Part shown: positions 57,253 through 64,000 of the stretch, in pieces
Layout: each line of letters begins with the position of its first letter
Numbering within the stretch: the first letter of the stretch is position 1
Assembly (NCBI GenBank): GCA_937877165.1
Contig: CALEFO010000194.1
Span: 45,123-109,122 of the forward strand
Length of the DNA: 64,000 bases
DNA from: an uncultured Lachnospiraceae bacterium
GTDB lineage: Bacteria; Bacillota; Clostridia; Lachnospirales; Lachnospiraceae
Direction: 5' to 3'
Program-made: the position numbers and the translations under genes
The notes under the pieces: generated by a model
What the model was told of the DNA's origin: nothing
Databases searched by the model: none
Seen by the model: only the letters and a program-made list of their open reading frames with translations

Positions 57253-59853
57253 TCAGCAGGCTTCGTTCTTTCTGTTCTCCACATCCTGCTCATCCTTCCC
57301 TTCATCCATGAAATCAAACAGCGTCGGCATATCAATCTCGCTCTCTGCCGCCTGCAGATAGCCCACACCGTCGCGGAAATAATCACAGTTCAGCTCGCAG
57401 CCTTTCCCCTTGCGTCCCATCTTCACCGCAACCATCGGGACCGTCATCAGGCCGCCGAACGGATCATAGACAAGATCGCCCTTGTTGCTGTACCGGTTGA
57501 TGATCCTCTCCACGATGTCGATCTGAAGCGGGCAGACGTGCATCTGGAGCTTTCTCCTGGACTGGTTCGTGTTCAGCGTCTTCATGCGGTTGATATCGTC
57601 CCAGACCTCGGAAAGATTCCAGGAACCGGGTGCCACCACCATGAAGGTCGCCGGAAGCCGTCCGTCTTTGTCCAACTCTTCTGCAAGCTTCACATGATCC
57701 TCATAGCTGTACACCGTCCCGCGGCTGTATTCCCGGTACACCTTCTGAAGGTTCTTCGTGCTGATATCCTTCAGTTCCTCCTTGCTCACCAGCCGGTCGC
57801 CGGAGGATCGCCAATAGCCGTGTGCGTCAATCTGCCACTGCGCCCTGGTATATTCTTCCTTCGTCTTGGTCACCGGCTCATCCGCGTAGGCGTTCGACCG
57901 GTCCGTCGGAAGCTTCCGGAACAGAAGAATGTATTCCGGGCAGCCTACGCCCATCTTCGAGCCGTCCTTGCACTGTTCGGACCATCCGAGGCGGTAGGTC
58001 TGGTTATTCTCCCGGACTACATCCGTCACGACGGTAATCATTCCCATGTACTGGAACCCATGCTTCATGTAGTGCTCAATGCACAGCGCATGGAACGGCT
58101 CAATCGTCGGCATCCCGGTGCCCGTCGCATTCCCGAACAATACGCGGTCCTTGACGTGGATGGCGGCCACTCTTCCCGGCTTCAGAACGCGCAGCAGCTC
58201 CGGCGTCAGAAAGTCCATCTGTTCAAAAAAGCGTTCGGTATTCTCGTTATGCCCGAAATCGTTATAATTCGCGCTGTATTCGTAGTGATTGCCGAAGGGG
58301 ATGGATGTATGGATCAACCCCACGCTGTTGTCCGGCATCCTTCTGGTCTCTTCTACACAGTCGTCATTGACTGCTTCATAGTGTTCTCCCGTTACTCTCA
58401 CTGTCTTCACTCCCATCTTCCGGCGGATCAGCTCCGGAACTTCTGCATTGTTCAGCCCGTATTTCTTCACTATCTCCACCATCTTCTCCACCATGTGGTT
58501 GTGATCCTTCCACTTCCGCAGGAGCGTGTCCTTGATCTCCCGTTCCGACTCCATGTAGATAATGTCGATCACAACCGGCTGATCCTGAAGGAACCGGTAA
58601 ATACGGTGAATTGCCTGGATAAAATCGTTGAACTCATAATCAATGCCAAGAAAGATCGCACGGTGGCAGTGCCTCTGAAAATTGCAGCCGGATCCGGACA
58701 GCTCCTTCTTCGTTGCGAAGATCCGGAAGTTGCCTTCCGAGAAGTCAATCACCCGCTGTTCCCGCTTGTCGTAGTCCATGGAGCCGTAGATATCCACGGT
58801 TTCCGGAATGGCTGCTTTGATCGCGTGCCGCTCTGCTTCCAGATCGTGCCAGATGATGAAGTGATCGTCCGGGCTTGCCGTGACAATCTCTTTTGCCTTC
58901 TCCACTCTCTGCCCGATGCTGGTCCGCTTCACGTCTGCCGCCGATTTCAGATCCAGCGCCGCATCCTCGAACAGCTGCATCTGGCCGTTCCGGTCCTGTG
59001 TCTTGCCGTACTCCACGGGGAGTTCAATCCAGTTGACCGTAAGCGGCGGCAGGTCATAGCCTTCGTCCGAATACTCCGGATTCAGGTCGGACGGCTTCGT
59101 AACGAAGAGTGCCCAGCTTCCCAGCCACGTCCAGAATTCATCCTCCTGCGTCGGGTACAGTGTCAGGTTGTTCGCCTTCGTGCTGTCCCTCTGGAAAAAC
59201 CTCGTCAGGGCCTGTCCGGTGTCCATGATTTCCAGATACCCAGCATAATGGATCAGCTCCTTGTACCGGTTCGGGGAAGGCGTCGCCGTGGCGACAAGCT
59301 TATATTTCACGCCCTTGAACTTGTCAAGGAACGTCTGATAGGTCTTACTGCCGAAGCTTCGCAGCACTGAGGCTTCATCCAGACTCGTCGCCGCGAAGAA
59401 CGCCGGATCAATGTCCCCGTCCCGCACTCTTTCGTAGTTCGTCAGAAGGATTTCTTCGCCTGCTGCCTTTACCTCTTCCATGGTCTTCACATAACGGGGC
59501 TTCTCATACCCCAGAACCTGCACGGCGTCCCGTGTAAATTCCTGCTTCACGCCAAGGGGAAGGACAATCAGCGCCTGCCCGCCTTCGTGCCTGGCTGCCT
59601 GATGGCAGAACTCAATCTCCTGCACCGTCTTGCCAAGGCCGAAGCTCTCGAACAGCGCTCTTCTTCCTCCCCGCAGTGCCCAGCGCACGGCATCCTTCTG
59701 GTGTGGCTTCAATGCCGGGTTGATCTCTCCTGCTGCCACCTCGAACCCGGACGATGGTGCAAGCTCTACTTTCGACTGCAAAAATTCCTGATACGTCATC
59801 TCATAAAAGGAGCCGATATATCTATTACCCGGCCGGGGCCCGTCTCCTTTCAT
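57253..59853 (-). CDS. SNF2 helicase / DNA methyltransferase fusion (copy 2)
   Basis: Identical ORF at +42749. Confidence 0.85.
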   Translation of the reverse strand: MKGDGPRPGNRYIGSFYEMTYQEFLQSKVELAPSSGFEVAAGEINPALKPHQKDAVRWALRGGRRALFESFGLGKTVQEIEFCHQAARHEGGQALIVLPLGVKQEFTRDAVQVLGYEKPRYVKTMEEVKAAGEEILLTNYERVRDGDIDPAFFAATSLDEASVLRSFGSKTYQTFLDKFKGVKYKLVATATPSPNRYKELIHYAGYLEIMDTGQALTRFFQRDSTKANNLTLYPTQEDEFWTWLGSWALFVTKPSDLNPEYSDEGYDLPPLTVNWIELPVEYGKTQDRNGQMQLFEDAALDLKSAADVKRTSIGQRVEKAKEIVTASPDDHFIIWHDLEAERHAIKAAIPETVDIYGSMDYDKREQRVIDFSEGNFRIFATKKELSGSGCNFQRHCHRAIFLGIDYEFNDFIQAIHRIYRFLQDQPVVIDIIYMESEREIKDTLLRKWKDHNHMVEKMVEIVKKYGLNNAEVPELIRRKMGVKTVRVTGEHYEAVNDDCVEETRRMPDNSVGLIHTSIPFGNHYEYSANYNDFGHNENTERFFEQMDFLTPELLRVLKPGRVAAIHVKDRVLFGNATGTGMPTIEPFHALCIEHYMKHGFQYMGMITVVTDVVRENNQTYRLGWSEQCKDGSKMGVGCPEYILLFRKLPTDRSNAYADEPVTKTKEEYTRAQWQIDAHGYWRSSGDRLVSKEELKDISTKNLQKVYREYSRGTVYSYEDHVKLAEELDKDGRLPATFMVVAPGSWNLSEVWDDINRMKTLNTNQSRRKLQMHVCPLQIDIVERIINRYSNKGDLVYDPFGGLMTVPMVAVKMGRKGKGCELNCDYFRDGVGYLQAAESEIDMPTLFDFMDEGKDEQDVENRKNEAC

Positions 59854-59865
59854 CTTTTCCCAGCG

Positions 59866-59923
59866 GTCCGGATTTGTCCGAATCTGTCCGGCCTGTCCGT
59901 TCCGCTTTTGTCCATTTCTGTCT
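59866..59923. repeat. Phased GTCC repeats (copy 2)
   Basis: Same sequence at +42749. Confidence 0.5.
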
Positions 59924-59996
59924 TTTCTGCGCAGATTATGGCTGATTTTCTGCCATTTTCCGCCCTTTCTCTAAAATGCCATCGCGCACGTGAAAT

Positions 59997-60383
59997 TCAC
60001 GTGCAGACTTCCATTTTCTCTGTGCTCTTTTCGCGCAGATTATGGCTATTCCTCCCTATGAAATTCTCCCCGAAGATCTCCATCCACTCCTCATGCGTAT
60101 GCCCTGGCAGGCTCTCCCACTTCTCCTGTGCCATTTCCTGCAGCATCCGCTGATATCCGTTGAACTCCGGATGATGGACCGCCTCCCGGCAGCCTTCTAT
60201 ATCGCCTTCGTGATGCTTCACGCACAGGTGAACCCACAAACCGTAGTGTTCTGACAGCTTCCGGTTCTTCCCTGGGAAAATATGGTGCTTGTGCAGTGCC
60301 CGTTTTTCCATATCATCGCCGTCCAGCAGGGCGCAGAGGAAACACACCCTGCTGCCCTTCGGCTCCATGATGGATTTACTCAT
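59997..60383 (-). CDS. HNH-like / NinG-like protein (copy 2)
   Basis: Identical ORF at +42749. Confidence 0.55.
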   Translation of the reverse strand: MSKSIMEPKGSRVCFLCALLDGDDMEKRALHKHHIFPGKNRKLSEHYGLWVHLCVKHHEGDIEGCREAVHHPEFNGYQRMLQEMAQEKWESLPGHTHEEWMEIFGENFIGRNSHNLREKSTEKMEVCT

Positions 60384-60831
60384 CCTGTACCTGCTCCATC
60401 TCCACGGCGTCCTCCACCGTGGTGACAATCGTCTCGGAGAGCTTCACACTGACCGCGCCGCTCTTCGTCAATGTCATGGACGCCTTCGCGCCGTTTCCCA
60501 GTCCGATGCTGACCCCGTGAAAGATTCCATGAGCCGTTGCGTCCGCCGCATCACTCAGGATCTTCGCCGCATCCGGGAACCGCGGTGCAATCACCTTTGC
60601 CGCCGCGGTCCTCGCCTTGCTGGCTTCATAGCGGATATTGCGCTCCCGGATTGCGCTGTCGCAGTTGCACTCATCCGTCGCGATCCTGTCCAGCTCCTCC
60701 TGTGACATGCCTCCGGCGAACCGGACCAGTCTCCGCTGTCCACAGAAACGGCAGGTTCCCATCTCTGTTCCGGAATGCAGTTCTCTTTCTTCCGTCCTTT
60801 CTTCTGTCTCTTCCCTGTTCAACTCTTCCAT
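60376..60831 (-). CDS. Hypothetical Cys-containing protein (copy 2)
   Basis: Identical ORF at +42749. Confidence 0.6.
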   Translation of the reverse strand: MEELNREETEERTEERELHSGTEMGTCRFCGQRRLVRFAGGMSQEELDRIATDECNCDSAIRERNIRYEASKARTAAAKVIAPRFPDAAKILSDAADATAHGIFHGVSIGLGNGAKASMTLTKSGAVSVKLSETIVTTVEDAVEMEQVQDE

Positions 60832-61313
60832 GATTCCTCTTTCTCCACGTAAAACGCGGTGTTCATCACTTCACCTTTCCATTTTTTCAGCTCATCGCAG
60901 ATCTGCAGCATCATCGCTTCCTTCTTCTCATGATCTTCCGTGTGCAGCCCTGCGAACTTATGCGGCTCCAGCCCGCACAGAAGACTTTCCCAGTCCCCGC
61001 TGTTCTTCACCTCTTCGCCGTTCTTTTTTCTCCATCCGTTTTCCTTCCACTGCCACGGCCACCCGGCATTTAAGGCCCCGATGACAGGATCCGACATAAT
61101 GATCTGCACACTGCAGGGCCGGATCAGGATATCCAGTGCGGCCGTCAAGGTCCGGAGCTGTGCCTGTTCCTTCGTGACATCAATGAGTCGCACAAATCCG
61201 CGGCGCTGTGCCTTCTGCTCTCCGGCTTCTACCAGCCACATGCCGATGCCGCAGGACTTTCCCGGCGTTGCCCAGGATGTTTCCGCGTAGATCTTTACTT
61301 CCACCTTCCTCAC
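60819..61313 (-). CDS. RNase H-like protein (copy 2)
   Basis: Identical ORF at +42749. Confidence 0.55.
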   Translation of the reverse strand: MRKVEVKIYAETSWATPGKSCGIGMWLVEAGEQKAQRRGFVRLIDVTKEQAQLRTLTAALDILIRPCSVQIIMSDPVIGALNAGWPWQWKENGWRKKNGEEVKNSGDWESLLCGLEPHKFAGLHTEDHEKKEAMMLQICDELKKWKGEVMNTAFYVEKEESWKS

Positions 61314-62164
61314 CCCCTTTCCGGTGCTGCTCTTCCGCGCTTTCTCTTCTCCGGCTCTTCCAGGCGGATATAGCTGATCTCCTGAAACGCCGTCCCGTCC
61401 TCATAGGTGCCACACACCGTATGGTCCTTGTCGATCGCGTAGCCCTTCCGCTCCCGCGGATCCCGGAAGCCTGCTCTTCTGGAAATTACCCGAATGGTAA
61501 TCTGCGGCTCCTTCAGATTCCGTGAAGGTGTGTAAAGCTGTCCGATCTTCTTCCCTTCCGTCTCCGCGGTCCGTAATGCGTACTTCACGAAGTAGCTCGC
61601 GATGTCCGCATACTGCCCGCCGGAGTTCAGCGGCACCACGTTCACGATCTGGCCTTCTTCCCAGCACTCACGGATTTCCTTCAGATCCGCATCGGACAGG
61701 ACCATGTGGATATGCCTGGAACCTCTCGGCCCGACCTCCATGGTGGCCACATATTTCATCTCCTTCCCGGCCTTCTGATACCTGGCCTTCATTCGCCGGC
61801 GGAAATTGCTGAACCGCCTTTTCATCTCTTCGGAATTCTCCGGTGCCTGTGCTTTCTTCCATGAGAGCGTCACCAGAGCATCCTTCCCGTCTTCGAAATT
61901 CGCATTGAGCTTCCACCGAAGCCTTGCCTCTGCTCTTTTCAGGTGTGCCCTCTTCGTACTCTCCGGTGATTCCTTCTCCGGAGGTCCGCCCCTTCCTCTC
62001 ATCCCATAACGGGGAGCGATGAGCCTCTGAACCTCCAGCACCTTCCCCGCACGGATGATCTTCTCTATCCCTCGCATTTCCCTGCCTTTCCGGATGAACA
62101 CGGTCGTAAGTTGGATTACTTTACCGCGTCGCGAAAGCGGATCCGCCCCGCTTCCTCCTGTCAT
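61310..62164 (-). CDS. HUH rolling-circle Rep (copy 2)
   Basis: Identical ORF at +42749. Confidence 0.7.
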   Translation of the reverse strand: MTGGSGADPLSRRGKVIQLTTVFIRKGREMRGIEKIIRAGKVLEVQRLIAPRYGMRGRGGPPEKESPESTKRAHLKRAEARLRWKLNANFEDGKDALVTLSWKKAQAPENSEEMKRRFSNFRRRMKARYQKAGKEMKYVATMEVGPRGSRHIHMVLSDADLKEIRECWEEGQIVNVVPLNSGGQYADIASYFVKYALRTAETEGKKIGQLYTPSRNLKEPQITIRVISRRAGFRDPRERKGYAIDKDHTVCGTYEDGTAFQEISYIRLEEPEKRKRGRAAPERG

Positions 62165-62257
62165 TTTTCTTGTGGTTTTCGGAAAATGCGCTATACTAAA
62201 TGTTGTGGTGCCGTATGGCGCATTTCCCGGGGAGGCGGTTTTCTCAGAACCGTCTCC

Positions 62258-62440
62258 TCATTTTCTTTCCAGACTTCCCCAGACCGCCGCGCAGTCCGTC
62301 CGGGCTATTTGATGGTCCATTTCGTCCCGAGTCAGATGCTCCCGCCTCAGATCTCCGCAGATCCGGCTGCAGTAGTCCTTTCCCTTCGCTCTGGTGACCT
62401 CTTCTCTTGTCCTGATTCCGAACATGCAGTTAATAATCAT
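62258..62440 (-). CDS. Hypothetical small protein (copy 2)
   Basis: Identical ORF at +42749. Confidence 0.45.
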   Translation of the reverse strand: MIINCMFGIRTREEVTRAKGKDYCSRICGDLRREHLTRDEMDHQIARTDCAAVWGSLERK

Positions 62441-62784
62441 CCTGTTACCCCGCGGGTTGCCTGAATCCGCACGGCTCCCCGGCTCACGCCGAACTCGGCT
62501 CCCAGCTCTGTCCAGCTTCTCCCGGCGGCGTTCTGCTGACGCAAATAGGCTCTTTCTTCATCCGTCCATACATGGAAGCCCTTTCTTACACAGGGCTTTG
62601 CGGCCTTCTTCGCCGCTGCTCCAGCTTTCCGTTTCTGCTGCATCACCTGCGCCGCGGCCTTCCGTCTTCTCTGCACCGCTTTCTGCTCTGTCCAGCCTTC
62701 CGGAAGCTCCGGCTTCGCTCTATACTCGTGCGTCGCCGGGAGTTTCGTCTCCGGAAGCGCCACCTTCCTTACTCTTGCCTGCAT
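62437..62784 (-). CDS. Basic HTH protein (copy 2)
   Basis: Identical ORF at +42749. Confidence 0.55.
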   Translation of the reverse strand: MQARVRKVALPETKLPATHEYRAKPELPEGWTEQKAVQRRRKAAAQVMQQKRKAGAAAKKAAKPCVRKGFHVWTDEERAYLRQQNAAGRSWTELGAEFGVSRGAVRIQATRGVTG

Positions 62785-62843
62785 CGTCTTTTCCCTTTTC
62801 TACGTGCTATAATTTCGCTATACACTTTTTTGGTAGGTCCCTC

Positions 62844-63035
62844 ATGTCTGATATGGAAATCCCCGATTTCGGTGATATTCTCGATGATCCTGATCAGAGA
62901 ATTATTCGTTATATGGATATGCTTGAAGAAAAGCACAAACGTCGTGAGAACATCACCTTATGCATTTCCATCATCAGCGCTATTGCTGGTGTCATCGCTT
63001 CCATCGCATCCGTTGCTGCTCTGCTGAAGCATTAA
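62844..63035 (+). CDS. Small tail-anchored membrane protein (copy 2)
   Basis: Same sequence at +42749. Confidence 0.45.
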   Translation: MSDMEIPDFGDILDDPDQRIIRYMDMLEEKHKRRENITLCISIISAIAGVIASIASVAALLKH

Positions 63036-63194
63036 CTTCAGCTCTCTGATTTCCCGGATGATCATCACCATCAGAATGACATTCACATTCCCGATCTCAT
63101 CAGCATGCCTTTCCAACCTGTCCAGTCCAGCATCGGAAATTTTTCCGATGCGCCGGTATTCCGTCGGCTTGTTCTTCTTTCGCAGTATTCCCAT
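62958..63194 (-). CDS. Hypothetical protein (copy 2 of 20209..20445)
   Basis: Identical ORF at +42749. Confidence 0.5.
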   Translation of the reverse strand: MGILRKKNKPTEYRRIGKISDAGLDRLERHADEIGNVNVILMVMIIREIRELKLMLQQSSNGCDGSDDTSNSADDGNA

Positions 63195-63245
63195 TGCCCT
63201 TTTTCACCTCGTCCATAACAAGACGACGATCGTTCTCATACGCCC

Positions 63246-63488
63246 TCACCCCGCATCGTCCAGGTCCTCGCCCTGGTATCTCCTTTGGTACTTTCCCCGC
63301 AGTCTTTCCATCCGTTCCTCCTCGCGCTGCCTCCGTTCTTTCCGGTCTTCCAGCCAGACAGACAGGATGATCAGTGCTGCGCCAATCGCGAAGAATGCGA
63401 TTGCCGCTCCGGTCTTGTCAAAAAAAGCACTCATGACCGTTGACTCCAGCAGACAGATCAGCCCGCCAAACGATAAAATGTCCTTCAT
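63246..63488 (-). CDS. Small membrane protein (copy 2)
   Basis: Identical ORF at +42749. Confidence 0.65.
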   Translation of the reverse strand: MKDILSFGGLICLLESTVMSAFFDKTGAAIAFFAIGAALIILSVWLEDRKERRQREEERMERLRGKYQRRYQGEDLDDAG

Positions 63489-63613
63489 GCCGCTTTCTCC
63501 CTCTCCCTCAAGATGGCCATCAGAACCGAATAAAACTCGCTTCCGGCCGGAATCATGATTCCTTCCATGGACTCTCTGACGGATCCGTCAGAGAGAATGT
63601 TTCGCACACTCAT
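63485..63613 (-). CDS. 42-aa small protein (copy 2)
   Basis: Same sequence at +42749. Confidence 0.55.
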   Translation of the reverse strand: MSVRNILSDGSVRESMEGIMIPAGSEFYSVLMAILREREKAA

Positions 63614-63707
63614 TTCCCCTTCTCCTTTCGTGGTGCCTCCTCCGTGCTATATACTTTCTTCACAGGCTCCTGCCAGAGCCGAGTATCTAAGGAAGGAGGT
63701 ATATGTC

Positions 63708-64000
63708 ATGGAAGAATTGAAATCTTCGCATTTTAAATGGTCTGATGCTTCATCTCTCCATTGGAATGACCTGTCTGGTTCAGCTCTTACTTATGGAGAT
63801 CTCCAGAAAACAACAGACGAGGTGTATTCCCTGTTGAAAGATTCCGCAGATCAAGTCCCACAAGATTTATCTGCTTCTGCTGATTCCCTCGTGGAAACCT
63901 ACGGATCTTTTGAAAATGTCAAAACCATCGGTGAATTCGTCACCGTTCTACACGGTTTTGTACATTCCGATGCGTTTAACAAGCTCATCAGCTCCGCTTG
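63708..64000 (+). CDS. Hypothetical protein (copy 2 of 20959..21309), 3' end cut by window edge
   Basis: Same sequence at +42749. Confidence 0.65.
   Translation, partial: MEELKSSHFKWSDASSLHWNDLSGSALTYGDLQKTTDEVYSLLKDSADQVPQDLSASADSLVETYGSFENVKTIGEFVTVLHGFVHSDAFNKLISSA

Larger units (their letters stand above)
1..64000. mobile_element. Temperate contractile-tailed (PBSX/Xkd-type) phage genome, 42,749-bp unit represented about 1.5 times
   Basis: Complete packaging, head, tail, lysis, lysogeny and replication modules. No host genes. ORFs at x and x+42749 are identical. Confidence 0.85.
42750..64000. repeat. Copy 2 of the apparently exact 21,251-bp direct repeat (same as 1..21251)
   Basis: Offset 42749. 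Identical ORF set. Confidence 0.9.

Noticed and set aside
1-64000. CRISPR arrays, rRNA genes, and insertion sequences or transposases.
   Set aside because: I saw no regularly spaced short direct repeats, no rRNA-like sequence and no transposase signature. The only recombinase motifs belong to the serine integrase and the HUH Rep.

Overview
The window holds about 1.5 head-to-tail copies of one 42,749-bp temperate phage genome. Positions 1..21251 match 42750..64000: every ORF recurs at +42749 and the sequence matches at both ends. No host flanks are visible, so this is a circular contig written past its origin, a concatemer or a tandem prophage.

The phage has a contractile tail of the PBSX/Xkd type, and almost all genes are on the minus strand.
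- Late operon, read downward from 10908 and wrapping through 1/42749: terS, terL, SPP1-type portal, Mu-F-like head protein, a small accessory island, a tRNA-like element, scaffold, major capsid, connectors, sheath, tube, chaperone with a -1 slippery site, tape measure, LysM protein, baseplate (XkdQ/R/S/T/U-like), tail fibres and lysis genes.
- Early/replication operon, 20864 down to 11129: HUH rolling-circle Rep, RNase H-like protein, HNH-like protein, an 866-aa SNF2-helicase/DNA-methyltransferase fusion, MazG-like protein, SSB, XRE regulator, a late regulator, and hicA-hicB-hicB.
- Plus-strand lysogeny module, 22142..25893: CI-like repressor, a mini ImmA protease, an Abi_2 abortive-infection gene and a large serine integrase.
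- AT-richer cargo: an NYN-domain gene bounded by a duplicated 31-bp terminator, a DUF2335 two-gene unit, brnT/brnA and an orphan HicB-like gene.

Most interesting: the tail-fibre gene (33171..34172, minus) has two silent, promoterless, oppositely oriented alternative C-terminal cassettes (32471..32821 and 32876..33160, plus). All three tips begin at the same 24-bp dyad site and stay in frame through it. This is the layout of a shufflon or Mu G-segment host-range switch, but no invertase lies nearby.

Other notable items:
- a tRNA-like gene with a closed anticodon arm
- phased GTCC repeats upstream of the helicase-methylase gene
- promoter-terminator-RBS leaders on the abi and NYN genes
- a 48-bp dyad that may be attP
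- a possible countertranscript against the rep leader

All family names come from reading motifs by eye; no database search was run. The ORF track uses alternative start codons, and I refined some starts using ribosome-binding sites. A host in the Clostridia is only an inference from gene content.
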